A stretch of DNA of 64,000 nt. Origin: Minisyncoccota bacterium. Its GTDB lineage: Bacteria > Patescibacteriota > Minisyncoccia > Phycocordibacterales > GWA1-40-21. The stretch covers positions 84,403 through 148,402 of the forward strand of contig JBAZRH010000001.1 in NCBI GenBank assembly GCA_041663045.1. The letters run 5' to 3'. Under the pieces are notes generated by a model. It was not told the DNA's origin, made no database searches, and was given only the letters and a program-made list of their open reading frames with translations. Each line of letters opens with the position of its first letter. Within the stretch, counting starts at the first letter, position 1. Both the position numbers and the translations under genes were made by a program. Below are positions 1 through 10,334 of this stretch, piece after piece.

Positions 1-1908
1 ATTTTGCCGACAGAGAAAGCAAAATATGCCCAGTTTGAAAACAAACCGTTTGAAACTTCTGTAGGAAGACTTTTGTTTAATACTGTTTTGCCTAGCTCAT
101 ACCCGTATGTCAACAAAGAGATTGACAAGAAGACAATGTCAAAAATTATTGATGACCTTATCATTCAAAATGGTCCAGAAAATATCGCTCCTATAATGGA
201 CAAGATAAAGAATTTTGGATTCAAATATGCCACTTATTCAGGTATTACCTGGGGTCTTGATGATATTCAGATTCCGAAAGAAAAGCCCGCTATTGTTAAG
301 GTTGCTAAAGGTAAATCTGCAGAAGTTTTAGAGCAATTCAACGAGGGTTTGCTTACGGAAGAGGAGAGAGTTATGAAAAATGTTGAGATCTGGCAGGCCG
401 CAAAAGGTGAACTTGAAAAGCTTATCCCGGCAGCACTTGATCAGAATGGTTCAGTATATGATATGTGGAAATCTGGTGCTAGAGGATCACTTGGATCTCT
501 TACACAGATGGCTGGTATGAAAGGTTTGATTCAAAACACTGTAGGTGAGACTATTGAGTTCCCAGTTATCAGTTCTACAAAAGAAGGACTTACTCCTATC
601 GAATACTTCATCACTACACACGGTTCAAGAAAAGGTCTTACAGACACCGCACTTAACACTGCAAAAGCAGGATATCTTACGAGAAGACTCTTTGATGTCG
701 CTCAAGATATTATAATCACAGAAGAAGATTGTGGAACAAAAGAACATATTGTCATAGACAGAAATAGCGGAGCGGAAACAGGTGCTTCTATTGCGAAAAA
801 CATTAGAGGAAGAGTTTTGGCACAAGATGTTGTCGGTAAAGATGGAAAGGTAATGTTCAAGAAAGGATACCTTTTGACCAAAAATGACGCTCAAAAGATA
901 GATCAAGCAGAGATAGAAAAGATTCACGTCAGATCTCCTTTGACCTGCAAAACCTTGCACGGAATTTGTGAAGAGTGTTATGGTATGGATCTTGGAAAGA
1001 GCGCTCTTGTAGATATTGGAGAAGCTGTCGGAACAATCGCTGCTCAAGCTATCGGTGAGCCGGGTACACAGCTTACTATGAGAACATTCCATGCGGGAGG
1101 CACGGCTTCTGTTGGCGGAGATATTACTTCAGGTTTACCTCGTGTTGAAGAAATCTTTGAAAAAAGAAGACCAAAAAATCCTGCAGTAGTTGCTACTGTT
1201 TCAGGTACTGTCACTTCAGTTAAGGATTTTGGAAAAGAGAAAATAATTACAGTCATGGCTGATATAGAGGACAAAGGTAAATCAAAGAAAACGGGTGAAA
1301 TTGAATACACATTTAATCCAAAGAGAATGGCTCTTGTAAAAGTCGGCGATAAGGTTACAAAAGGTCAGCTTCTCACAGACGGTTCTGCAGATATCGATGA
1401 AATATTTGAATTTGCCGGAAGAGAAAAAGCGATGGAATATATTATCAGTGAAGTTAGCAAGCCGTATGAGCTTCAGGGTGAGGCCGTGGCAAGAAAACAC
1501 ATTGAGATTATTGTTAAACAAATGTTCTCAAAGAAATATGTTTCAAAACAAGGGAGTTCAAATTACTGTGTCGGCGATACTATAGATGAGCTAGACTTGG
1601 TTGTTGAAAATAAGAACGCAAAATCAAAAGACAAAGAAGAAATAGAAGCAGAATCGGTGGTTATGGGAATTACAGAAGCATCACTTTCAAGAAGAAGCTT
1701 CCTTTCGGCTGCTTCATTCCAGCATACAGTAAGAATTCTTATTAATGCTGCTGTAAGAGGAAATAGAGATGAACTAAAGGGATTAAAAGAAAATGTTATT
1801 ATCGGAAGAGTTATTCCAGCGGGTACTGGTTTCAAAGGAAGCAAGAAACATGAGATAATAGATGAGGTTCAAAAACAATTCGCAGAGGATTCCTTTTTTA
1901 GTGAGTAG
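1..1908 (+). CDS. rpoC: RNA polymerase beta' subunit, C-terminal part (5' truncated by window)
   Basis: Motifs SGARGS, HGSRKGLTDTALNTAKAGYLTRRL, IGEPGTQLTMRTFH, GLPRVEEIFE, LKENVIIGRVIPAGTG. Confidence 0.99.
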   Translation: MLPTEKAKYAQFENKPFETSVGRLLFNTVLPSSYPYVNKEIDKKTMSKIIDDLIIQNGPENIAPIMDKIKNFGFKYATYSGITWGLDDIQIPKEKPAIVKVAKGKSAEVLEQFNEGLLTEEERVMKNVEIWQAAKGELEKLIPAALDQNGSVYDMWKSGARGSLGSLTQMAGMKGLIQNTVGETIEFPVISSTKEGLTPIEYFITTHGSRKGLTDTALNTAKAGYLTRRLFDVAQDIIITEEDCGTKEHIVIDRNSGAETGASIAKNIRGRVLAQDVVGKDGKVMFKKGYLLTKNDAQKIDQAEIEKIHVRSPLTCKTLHGICEECYGMDLGKSALVDIGEAVGTIAAQAIGEPGTQLTMRTFHAGGTASVGGDITSGLPRVEEIFEKRRPKNPAVVATVSGTVTSVKDFGKEKIITVMADIEDKGKSKKTGEIEYTFNPKRMALVKVGDKVTKGQLLTDGSADIDEIFEFAGREKAMEYIISEVSKPYELQGEAVARKHIEIIVKQMFSKKYVSKQGSSNYCVGDTIDELDLVVENKNAKSKDKEEIEAESVVMGITEASLSRRSFLSAASFQHTVRILINAAVRGNRDELKGLKENVIIGRVIPAGTGFKGSKKHEIIDEVQKQFAEDSFFSE

Positions 1909-1913
1909 TGAAT

Positions 1914-1944
1914 AGGGCGGATTTTGCGGAGCAAAATCCGCCCT
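1914..1944 (+). terminator. Hairpin downstream of rpoC
   Basis: AGGGCGGATTTTGC-GGA-GCAAAATCCGCCCT inverted repeat right after the stop; no clear U tract. Confidence 0.6.
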
Positions 1945-2027
1945 CTCCCGGCAGTTTCTCCAAATTTGTTTATTAGTTTAATCAAGCCTAAAACATTTTG
2001 ACTACAAAATGTTCGGCGAACAAACAA

Positions 2028-2138
2028 ATGAATTCAAAAAAAGGCTTCGTAATTCCTCTCCTCGTCGCAATCATTGCAATTCTTGCAATTGGTGGCGGTT
2101 ATTACTATACAAGAAACAGTGTTCTAATTAATTATTAA
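2028..2138 (+). CDS. 36-aa type IV pilin-like N-terminal peptide (small protein or remnant)
   Basis: Hand translation MNSKKGFVIPLLVAIIAILAIGGGYYYTRNSVLINY*; basic-G|F-hydrophobic class III signal pattern; TAA abuts the dnaG ATG. Confidence 0.55.
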   Translation: MNSKKGFVIPLLVAIIAILAIGGGYYYTRNSVLINY

Positions 2139-3875
2139 ATGTCATCATCCGTAGAGAAAATAAAAGAAAGATTGAATATTGAGGATGTTGTCGGCTCATA
2201 CATTAAACTGGAAAGAGCCGGAAACAATCTCAAGGCTAAGTGTCCATTTCATAATGAAAAGACGCCGTCTTTCTTCGTATCTCCGGAGAGAAGTTCGTAT
2301 TACTGTTTTGGCTGTGGAGCGAAAGGAGATATATTTTCCTTTGTGCAGAATTTTGAAGGACTAGATTTTGTTGGTGCATTGAAGATTCTTGCCGAAAGGG
2401 CGGGTATAGAGCTTGAAAAATTTGCAACACCGAAAGATGATAAAAAAACCAGACTTTATACATTACTTGAAGCTACTACTTTATTCTTGCAGAAAAATCT
2501 AGCTAGTGAAGAAATCCCACTTGAATATTTGAAAAAAAGGGGACTCACCGACAAGACAATAAAAGATTGGCGCATCGGATATGTTCGAGATGAATGGCGT
2601 TCTATTTATGATCATTTGAAATCAAAAGGTTTTTCGGATGATGAAATGTTGCGCGCAGGTATGGTAAAGACAGAAAATAATAGTACTTATGATAGATTCC
2701 GTGGGAGAATAATGTTCCCAATCTTTGACAGTGCAGGTAGGGTGATAGCTTTTTCCGGAAGAATACTTCATGATGACGGCAAGTCGGCAAAATATTTGAA
2801 TAGTCCGCAAACGGAAATTTTTGACAAATCAAAAACGCTTTACGGTTTTGACAGAGCCAAGCAAGCGATAAGGAAATTTGATTTCTCGGTTCTTGTGGAA
2901 GGGCAGATGGATTTGCTAATGGCTCATCAGGCGGGTTTTGCAAATACTGTAGCATCTTCTGGTACAGCTCTTACAGCCGAACATTTGAAGCTTCTGAAAA
3001 GGATTTCCAATAGAGTAATAATGTCATTTGATTCCGACAATGCCGGAGCAAAGGCATCCGAGCGAGGGTGGATGCTTTCACTTGCAACAGGTATGGAAGT
3101 AAAAGTTGCTGCAATTCCGAAAGGTTTTGATCCGGCCGACTTGATTTTGAAAGACAAGGAAGAATTCAAGAAAGTTTTGAAAGATGCGGTTCATATTATT
3201 GATTTTATTTTAGACAGAGCGATTGTCGAAAATCCTGATAAGAGAAAGGCTGGGCTTGTCATAAAGAGTAGGGCCTTACCGTATCTTTCGCTTCTCGAAA
3301 GTAATATGGAAAAGTCGCATTATGTGAAAAGTATCAGTGACAAAACCAGTATAAAAGAAGACGCGATCTGGGAAGATTTAAAAAATATAAAGTTGGATAG
3401 CGAATATGAAGTTAAAGCGGAAGTCATTGGGGCCAAAGAGGATAAAAAGGTCGGCATCCTCAAGGCTGGAACGGTGGAGAGAAGTTTAGGTGCCATTATA
3501 GCTTTGGAGGAATCATCTTCAAAAAAGCTTATTGATCCGAAAAGTTTGAGAGGAAAAGTGGAAGAAGCTCTCGGTAAAGAAAAATACAAAGAGTTCTCTG
3601 ATGAACTTTTTAAACTTTCTAGTGAGCTTGCCTTTGAAGCGGAAAGTTATTATGGCGAGACGGATGCAGAAAAATTTAATAAAGAGACGGAATACCTCTT
3701 GCTAAACTTGCAAGAAGAAAATTTGAAAAAAGAATTGGCGGATCTTATGTCTGAAATGAAAGTCGCCGAGAACGCCAAAGAGTCGGACAAAGCAATTTCG
3801 CTTTTAAAGCGGTGTGACGATATTACGAAGTTGTTACATAAAATAAAGACGGAGAAAAACAAAAAGTTTAAGTAA
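2139..3875 (+). CDS. dnaG: DNA primase
   Basis: CPFHNEKTPSF/CFGC zinc finger, DRFRGRIMFPI, KYLNSP, Toprim VEGQMD and FDSD. Confidence 0.98.
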   Translation: MSSSVEKIKERLNIEDVVGSYIKLERAGNNLKAKCPFHNEKTPSFFVSPERSSYYCFGCGAKGDIFSFVQNFEGLDFVGALKILAERAGIELEKFATPKDDKKTRLYTLLEATTLFLQKNLASEEIPLEYLKKRGLTDKTIKDWRIGYVRDEWRSIYDHLKSKGFSDDEMLRAGMVKTENNSTYDRFRGRIMFPIFDSAGRVIAFSGRILHDDGKSAKYLNSPQTEIFDKSKTLYGFDRAKQAIRKFDFSVLVEGQMDLLMAHQAGFANTVASSGTALTAEHLKLLKRISNRVIMSFDSDNAGAKASERGWMLSLATGMEVKVAAIPKGFDPADLILKDKEEFKKVLKDAVHIIDFILDRAIVENPDKRKAGLVIKSRALPYLSLLESNMEKSHYVKSISDKTSIKEDAIWEDLKNIKLDSEYEVKAEVIGAKEDKKVGILKAGTVERSLGAIIALEESSSKKLIDPKSLRGKVEEALGKEKYKEFSDELFKLSSELAFEAESYYGETDAEKFNKETEYLLLNLQEENLKKELADLMSEMKVAENAKESDKAISLLKRCDDITKLLHKIKTEKNKKFK

Positions 3876-3902
3876 ATATTATTAGTTATAAATCTAAATC
3901 GA

Positions 3903-5087
3903 ATGAAGAAGAAGACCCAAAAAATAAAAAAAACCTCGAAGACAAAATCAGCAAAGAAGAAGGCCAAAAGAGTTGTTAAAAAACCGATAAAGGTAGCAAA
4001 AGTTACAGCCAAAAGGAAAGAGCTTGATATGAGAGGAGAAAGGCTTCTTGCAAAAGGTAGGGAGAGGGGCTTTATCACGTATGATGAAATTTTGAAAGAA
4101 TTTCCCAAGATTGAAAGCGATGTGATGTTTTTGGACGAACTTTATAATAAACTCACTGTTGGTGGAATAGATGTTCTTGAAGGAGGTGGAATGCTTGGTT
4201 TTAATGAAGATCAGGTTAAAAAATATACTTATGGAGGCAAGTCCGCAGATGCAAGTTATGACTCCATTCAGATTTATCTGAAAGAGATTGGCCAGTATCC
4301 CCTTATCAATGCTTCAATGGAGAAAGACCTTGCTAGGAAAATTCAAAATGGCGACATAGAGGCAAAAAATCTTCTCGCAAAAGCCAACTTGAGACTTGTT
4401 GTTTCTATTGCAAAAAAATATGTTGGTAGGAGCGCTGACCTTACGCTTCTGGATTTGATACAGGAAGGAAACCTCGGTCTTTTTAAGGCTGTTGATAAAT
4501 TTGATTGGACAAAGGGCTATAAGTTTTCTACTTATGCTACTTGGTGGATAAGACAGGCTATTACAAGAGCTCTTGCCGATCAATCAAGAACTATTCGTGT
4601 GCCAGTGCACATGGTTGAGACGATCGCAAAATACAAACAAGTTTACAGAAGGCTTTCACAGGATTTGGGCAGAGAACCGATGCCAGATGAAATTGCTACA
4701 GAGATGGGTCTTGAAGTCGAAAAGGTTTATATGATAGAGAAAATTGATCAAGACACAGTGTCGCTTGAAGCACCGGTAGGGGATGACAGCGATGATGGCA
4801 AGTCCACACTCGGTGATTTTGTTGCGGATGATAAAATCCTTTCGCCCGATCAGGAATCTTCACGTAGGATCCTAGCTGACCAAGTAAAAGAAATCCTCGG
4901 TGATCTTTCACTTAAAGAGAGGAAAATTCTTGAAATGAGACATGGACTAAATGATGGTATAACCCATACTCTCGAAGAAGTTGGAAAGGAATTTGGAGTC
5001 ACTAGAGAGCGCATAAGACAGATTGAAGCTAAAGCTCACGAAAAAATCCGACAGCACGAAAAGATAAATAGGTTACAGAGTTATTAA
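3903..5087 (+). CDS. rpoD: Primary RNA polymerase sigma-70 factor
   Basis: [59 protein letters not shown]; follows dnaG. Confidence 0.97.
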   Translation: MKKKTQKIKKTSKTKSAKKKAKRVVKKPIKVAKVTAKRKELDMRGERLLAKGRERGFITYDEILKEFPKIESDVMFLDELYNKLTVGGIDVLEGGGMLGFNEDQVKKYTYGGKSADASYDSIQIYLKEIGQYPLINASMEKDLARKIQNGDIEAKNLLAKANLRLVVSIAKKYVGRSADLTLLDLIQEGNLGLFKAVDKFDWTKGYKFSTYATWWIRQAITRALADQSRTIRVPVHMVETIAKYKQVYRRLSQDLGREPMPDEIATEMGLEVEKVYMIEKIDQDTVSLEAPVGDDSDDGKSTLGDFVADDKILSPDQESSRRILADQVKEILGDLSLKERKILEMRHGLNDGITHTLEEVGKEFGVTRERIRQIEAKAHEKIRQHEKINRLQSY

Positions 5088-5170
5088 AACCCTTGCTTTT
5101 TATTTAAAAATAATGTAAAATAGCAATATCAGTTTAGTAAGGAGAACAGAATAATACCAATAAATAAAAA

Positions 5171-5662
5171 ATGGGAAAATTTAATAGAGATGGTGGAAGT
5201 GGTTTTGGCGGGAATCGCGGAGGTGGCTCCAGTTTTGGAGGTGGTAGAAGAGATGGGGGTTTTAGAGGAGGTGAAAGAAGGGAAGTTGTGATGCATGACG
5301 CAGTTTGCGATGAATGTCATCAAGCTTGTCAGATCCCTTTCAGACCAAGTGGCGACAAACCAGTTTACTGTAAAGATTGCTTTATGAAAAAAGGTGGAGG
5401 CCCGTCAAGACCTTCGAGGGACAATGGTCCAAGAAGAGACTTCGGTAGACCGCAAAGCGCACCTAGCTTTGGTGGAAATAGGAGCGATGACGGTGTCAAA
5501 AAGCAATTGGAAGCAATGAATGTGAAATTAGACAGTCTGATAAGATCAATCGATGGTTTTGTTAAACCGACCAAAGTCGAAGAAAAGAAGACAATAGAAA
5601 AAGTTGCTGATAGAAAAATAAAGGTCAAAACAGTGGCTAAAAAGAAAACAATTAAAAAATAA
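5171..5662 (+). CDS. CxxC-x17-CxxC zinc-ribbon domain protein with Gly/Arg-rich low-complexity ends
   Basis: MHDAVCDECHQACQIPFRPSGDKPVYCKDCF. Confidence 0.85.
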   Translation: MGKFNRDGGSGFGGNRGGGSSFGGGRRDGGFRGGERREVVMHDAVCDECHQACQIPFRPSGDKPVYCKDCFMKKGGGPSRPSRDNGPRRDFGRPQSAPSFGGNRSDDGVKKQLEAMNVKLDSLIRSIDGFVKPTKVEEKKTIEKVADRKIKVKTVAKKKTIKK

Positions 5663-5666
5663 AAAA

Positions 5667-5810
5667 ATGGCAAAAAGAATAAGTACAAGAAGAAAAGCTT
5701 CACGTTCAAAAAAGACACAGAAACGTTTAGCTATAAAGAAAGTACGCTTGGTTTCAAAGAAGGCGGCAAGAAAAGCAAAACTTTCAAAGAGAATAAAGAA
5801 ATCAAAATAA
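5667..5810 (+). CDS. 47-aa highly basic small protein (not in ORF track)
   Basis: MAKRISTRRKASRSKKTQKRLAIKKVRLVSKKAARKAKLSKRIKKSK*; starts 4 nt after the upstream stop and ends just before the terminator. Confidence 0.7.
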   Translation: MAKRISTRRKASRSKKTQKRLAIKKVRLVSKKAARKAKLSKRIKKSK

Positions 5811-5815
5811 TCACG

Positions 5816-5856
5816 AAAAACAGCCCCACACTTTTAAAAAGTGTGGGGCTGTTTTT
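5816..5856 (+). terminator. Intrinsic terminator
   Basis: AAAAACAGCCCCACACTTTT-A-AAAAGTGTGGGGCTGTTTTT inverted repeat. Confidence 0.85.
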
Positions 5857-5883
5857 AATGTTAGAAATGATATAATTAGGTCA

Positions 5884-6408
5884 ATGAAAAAGAAGATAGT
5901 CTTAATAGTATGTCTGGCTGTCATTATATTAATAGCGGTCTTTTGGTCGTCAGAATCTAATTATAGTATTGTAGCGGACTATAAAGACGCAACATATTTG
6001 ATAGATGGTAGAGAAGTACAGCTCACAAATGGCCTTGCGGAAGAAGAAAATACTCAAGGTTCGGCCTCAAAAACAATTATAAGGTATTTTGGCAATAAAG
6101 TAGCGGGGGATTTTAATGGAGATGGTACAAATGATACTGCTTTTCTTTTGACGCAAAATACTGGCGGTAGTGGGACTTTCTTTTATATAGCAGTTGCATT
6201 GGGTGACGGCGATGGCTATAAAGGTGCAAATGCGATCCTCCTTGGTGATAGGATAGCTCCTCAAACCACAGAATTTCGTGACGGAAAAATCATTGTAAAT
6301 TATGCCGACCGTAAGGCCGATGAATCTTTTGCAGTAAGACCATCTATCGGTGTCAGTAGATATTTTGAGATTTCTGATGATAAACTTGTAGAAGCTAGTT
6401 CAAAGTAA
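5884..6408 (+). CDS. Secreted/membrane-anchored hypothetical protein
   Basis: N-terminal hydrophobic anchor; GDFNGDG and GGSGTFFY motifs; TATAAT 7 nt before the ATG. Confidence 0.75.
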   Translation: MKKKIVLIVCLAVIILIAVFWSSESNYSIVADYKDATYLIDGREVQLTNGLAEEENTQGSASKTIIRYFGNKVAGDFNGDGTNDTAFLLTQNTGGSGTFFYIAVALGDGDGYKGANAILLGDRIAPQTTEFRDGKIIVNYADRKADESFAVRPSIGVSRYFEISDDKLVEASSK

Positions 6409-6443
6409 ATCTTTTTGTATTGTGATAGAATAATTTTATTGGT

Positions 6444-6716
6444 ATGAATCTTTTGGAATTAAGAAAAGAAATAGATAGGATAGACGGCGAACTTTTGAGT
6501 GTATTGGTAGAAAGGATGAAACTCATACCGAAGGTCGCCGAATATAAGAAAGAAAACAATCTCCCGAGATATCAGCCGGAGCGAGAGAAAGAGATAATTA
6601 AAGTCAGGAAAGAATTAGCAGAAGAACTAAATCTCAATCCAGACTTGGTAGAGAAAATATACAAAGAGATAATTGAAGATGCACATAGAATAGAGAAGGA
6701 AATAATGGGGGAATAA
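6444..6716 (+). CDS. Chorismate mutase (AroQ, type II)
   Basis: LRKEIDRIDGELLSVLVERM...VAEYKKENNLP...PEREKE; directly precedes prephenate dehydratase. Confidence 0.9.
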   Translation: MNLLELRKEIDRIDGELLSVLVERMKLIPKVAEYKKENNLPRYQPEREKEIIKVRKELAEELNLNPDLVEKIYKEIIEDAHRIEKEIMGE

Positions 6717-6718
6717 TT

Positions 6719-7561
6719 ATGAAAATAGAAATTACTAAAAAAACAGGGTATCTTGGTCCCGAAGGTAGTAATTCTGAAGTGGCGGCCACGTCTTTAGTTC
6801 AGTCTGGTAAAATTATTCCGATTGATACTATTACTAATATCATAAAGAAGGTGAAAGACGGAGATCTGGATTCTGGTGTTGTCCCAATAGAGAATTCTAT
6901 TCAGGGAAGTGTAGTAGAGACAGTAGATGGTTTATATAAAAATAAATTATTTATTCAACAAGAACTTATTATACCTATTAGGCATTGTGTTGCCAGTCTC
7001 ACATCTAAAATCATACCTGACAAGATTGAGATGGTTATATCTCACCCTCAAGCTTTAGGTCAATGTTCTGAATATATAGATAAGTATTTTCCTAATGCTA
7101 AAAGGATAACGACTACAAGTACTGCCGAAGCTTTTAAAAAGATTGCAGAGGAAGGTTTGTTGAATGCGGTTGCTATAGGTACAAAAGTCGCTGCCGATAA
7201 GTATAAATTGAAGATTCTCGCAGAAAATATACAAGACGAAGAAAATAATGAGACAAAGTTCGTCTTAATTAAGAAGATCCCAAGCAGAGACTTAAAAGGC
7301 AAAATTTCGAGTTTAATTATTATTCCTAAAAAAGACAGATCAGGGCTTCTCTTTGATATCTTAAAAAATTTTAAAGATAATAATATAAACTTGAATAAGA
7401 TAGAATCAAGACCATCTAGATTAAAATTAGGAAATTATATCTTTCATATTGATATAGAGGGTAATTTTAAAGATAAAAACGTAGAAAAAGCGATTGCTGG
7501 GATTAAGAAAGAAGGTGAAGTAGTATTTTTAGGTAGCTACAGCACTATCTATTTTTCTTAA
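6719..7561 (+). CDS. pheA: Prephenate dehydratase with ACT domain
   Basis: YLGPEGS, VPIENSIQGSV, SHPQALGQC, NETKF, INLNKIESRP. Confidence 0.93.
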   Translation: MKIEITKKTGYLGPEGSNSEVAATSLVQSGKIIPIDTITNIIKKVKDGDLDSGVVPIENSIQGSVVETVDGLYKNKLFIQQELIIPIRHCVASLTSKIIPDKIEMVISHPQALGQCSEYIDKYFPNAKRITTTSTAEAFKKIAEEGLLNAVAIGTKVAADKYKLKILAENIQDEENNETKFVLIKKIPSRDLKGKISSLIIIPKKDRSGLLFDILKNFKDNNINLNKIESRPSRLKLGNYIFHIDIEGNFKDKNVEKAIAGIKKEGEVVFLGSYSTIYFS

Positions 7562-7581
7562 AATACAGTATTCTCTAGTGC

Positions 7582-9042
7582 ATGGCGAAAGATGAGGCAA
7601 TACTTAGATTTGAAAAGGTGTCGTTTGGATACAGCGAGAATCAACCCCTTCTAGATGAGGTGGATTTTTCTATTCGCCGAGGGACAAAGACGACAATAAT
7701 GGGGCAAAACGGTGCCGGTAAAAGCACTTTATTCGGGCTTATTACGAGATATATTCTACCGGAAAGCGGGATAATAAATGTCGTGAATGGTGTTTCTATC
7801 GCGATTTCGAGGCAAGTGATTCCAAGAGATGAAATAGGTTTGACTGTCCGAGAATTTTTCCAAAAGTGTTTTACACAAAAAGTCTATGATATTGATATAA
7901 AAATAGATGATATTTTGGAAGTAGTGAATTTAAAAGGACATGAGAAAGTGCATGATAGGATTGTGCGGACATTTTCTGGAGGTCAGCAGGCACGGCTTTT
8001 GCTCGCTTCAGCACTTATACAAAATCCAGATCTGCTTTTACTCGACGAGCCGACAAATAATCTCGATAAAGCGGGGATAGAGCACCTCACGAAGTTTTTG
8101 ATTGATTATAAAAAGACCTGTATTGTTATTTCTCACGATGCGGAATTCTTGAATAGTTTTACGGACGGAGTTTTGTATCTTGATGTGTTTACAAGGAAGA
8201 TAGAGCAATATGTCGGAAATTATTTTGATGTGAGAGAGCAGATAGTCGCTCGTCAGGAGAGGGAAAATAGGAAGAACGCCCAGCTTGCAAAAGAGATTCA
8301 AGAAAAGAAAGATAAAGCCAACTTTTTTGCAATGAAAGGGGGTCAGATGCGTCTTGTGGCAAAGAAGATGAGAGAAAAAGCTGAAGAGCTTGAGGAAGAA
8401 AAAGTTGATACAAGAAAGGAAGACAAAACTATTCGCAATTTTATTATCCCCGCACAGATAGACCTTGCCGGAGAAATAGTTCATATAAAAACATTTAAGA
8501 CTTTCAAAAGTCATAAAGCAGTTCAAAGAAAAACGGATATAAGTTTGAAAAGAAATCAGCATCTCTTACTTCGCGGTCCAAACGGTATCGGCAAAAGCAC
8601 CCTCTTGGAGGCGATTGCTAAAAATGAAGCCGTCGGGACGAAAATTGCTCATGGTGTGGTAATCGGCTATTATCGTCAAGATTTTTCGACGCTCAATTTT
8701 GAGGATACTGTCTATCAGTCGCTTTCTGCTGTGTCTCTAAAGATCTCCGAAGAAGCTATGAGAAGCGTGGCAGCAGGTTTTCTTATCACAAGCGATGTAA
8801 TAAATACAAAAATAGGGGATTTATCGGAAGGGCAGAAGGGGCTCGTAGCTTTTGCTAGACTTGTCTTGCAAAAGCCGGGTCTTCTGATCTTAGATGAGCC
8901 GACAAATCATATAAATTTCCGCCATATTCCGATTATCGCCGAAGCGCTGAATAAATATGAAGGCGCGATGATTATAGTCAGCCACGTTCCGGATTTCGTG
9001 CAAAAAATCAGAATTGACTATACGTTGGATTTGGAGAAGTAA
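7582..9042 (+). CDS. ABC-F family ATPase
   Basis: Two ABC domains (GQNGAGKST, LLDEPTN; GPNGIGKST, ILDEPTNH), no TM segments. Confidence 0.92.
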   Translation: MAKDEAILRFEKVSFGYSENQPLLDEVDFSIRRGTKTTIMGQNGAGKSTLFGLITRYILPESGIINVVNGVSIAISRQVIPRDEIGLTVREFFQKCFTQKVYDIDIKIDDILEVVNLKGHEKVHDRIVRTFSGGQQARLLLASALIQNPDLLLLDEPTNNLDKAGIEHLTKFLIDYKKTCIVISHDAEFLNSFTDGVLYLDVFTRKIEQYVGNYFDVREQIVARQERENRKNAQLAKEIQEKKDKANFFAMKGGQMRLVAKKMREKAEELEEEKVDTRKEDKTIRNFIIPAQIDLAGEIVHIKTFKTFKSHKAVQRKTDISLKRNQHLLLRGPNGIGKSTLLEAIAKNEAVGTKIAHGVVIGYYRQDFSTLNFEDTVYQSLSAVSLKISEEAMRSVAAGFLITSDVINTKIGDLSEGQKGLVAFARLVLQKPGLLILDEPTNHINFRHIPIIAEALNKYEGAMIIVSHVPDFVQKIRIDYTLDLEK

Positions 9043-9050
9043 GTTATTGA

Positions 9051-10277
9051 TTAGAAACAATATTTTCCGTTTTTGTAGATTACTCTCTTGCTGTCATCCT
9101 TGAGTATTGCTGTAATAATCCTTGGGGTAGTAGTAACGATATCTGTATGGACAGAAGAATTATTAAAGCCAAGCTTACTCCAGGTTTTCTTAGACACAGT
9201 GTTTGCTTTTCCATCATAGCAGTCGTGATATGAATTACCCAGAGCTATGTGAGTGTTGCCATTCCTTCCACCAATATTCTCATCATATAAAGTATCTGCC
9301 ATAAATCTTGTAATGTGAGAGAATCTTCTATCTGTCATAGAAAATTCCCCGATTCTATCTGCACCTTCTGTAGCTATCATTTGTCTTAAGAGCTTTTCAT
9401 TTCTCCTAGCTGTACTTTTTACAACTACCCCATCTTTAAATTCAAGTCCTATCCCTTCGACAACATTTCCATATATATAAAGAGGCTGATTAAATTTCAC
9501 CCAGCCATTTGTTCCGCGCCAATCAGGAGAAGTAAATATTTCAAAACTCGGAATATTACGTCCGCTACCATAAGCCCATTGGCGCTTCTTTCCGACAGTA
9601 ATCCATAGATCCACGTCTTTACCCTCAATATGAAGTCTATCAATAGTCATTCTATTGAGTCTCTTTCTGTATTTCTCCAATTCTTTATATATTTTTTTCC
9701 ACCTTGCTACGGGATTATCCTCATTTAAGAAGCATGCTTTGATAATTTGATCCCAGTATTCTCTAACTGACATATTAGCTTCCCTTGCCATTGCTTCAGT
9801 GCCGTAAGAACCAACTGTCCAGGTAAATTTTCCAGCATTTTCTTTTTTATTTCGCCAATCCATCCATGGCTTAAAGGTCTTATTTCTTTTCAATATCTTT
9901 CTCGGATTGATGTTTTGAAGAGAGCGAATGTCTGTTTCACTATTGATGAAAATTGAATGATCAATTTGTTTAATTAAACCCTTAAGATGGTGATATGGAA
10001 AGAAACACAGCTGATGATCTTTACAGTGTAAGTAGAAGTCTTCATCAACATTACAGCTACTTTCATTTGAGGGGAGAAAGTTTGAGATAACATGTGCTCC
10101 AGATTTCCATATTGCTTTTCTAACTTCAAGATACAATGGTTTATTTGATTCTTCGGCCACTAAATATACAACTTCTCCCTTTTTTACTCCCTTACCACTA
10201 TTTAAAGCAAAATTTACTAGGACATTAGCATATTTTTCTAGTATCTTTTTGGGTGGAATATATGAACTTTTCATCAT
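9051..10277 (-). CDS. Aminopeptidase, peptidase M29 (AmpS/PepS-like)
   Basis: EKYANVLV, NIPSFEIFTSP, IGEFS, TLYDENIGG, HIALG, NNSSVHTD; start trimmed to MMKSS at 10277. Confidence 0.9.
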   Translation of the reverse strand: MMKSSYIPPKKILEKYANVLVNFALNSGKGVKKGEVVYLVAEESNKPLYLEVRKAIWKSGAHVISNFLPSNESSCNVDEDFYLHCKDHQLCFFPYHHLKGLIKQIDHSIFINSETDIRSLQNINPRKILKRNKTFKPWMDWRNKKENAGKFTWTVGSYGTEAMAREANMSVREYWDQIIKACFLNEDNPVARWKKIYKELEKYRKRLNRMTIDRLHIEGKDVDLWITVGKKRQWAYGSGRNIPSFEIFTSPDWRGTNGWVKFNQPLYIYGNVVEGIGLEFKDGVVVKSTARRNEKLLRQMIATEGADRIGEFSMTDRRFSHITRFMADTLYDENIGGRNGNTHIALGNSYHDCYDGKANTVSKKTWSKLGFNNSSVHTDIVTTTPRIITAILKDDSKRVIYKNGKYCF

Positions 10278-10334
10278 TTTCTTAGTATATATTAAAAATA
10301 TAAAAATAGTAGGTGTCATGTTATAATTTATAAA

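Noticed and set aside
2028-3875. Membrane-anchored primase by readthrough of the pilin-like ORF
   Set aside because: TAA is an efficient stop and dnaG begins with a normal N-terminus; nothing supports readthrough
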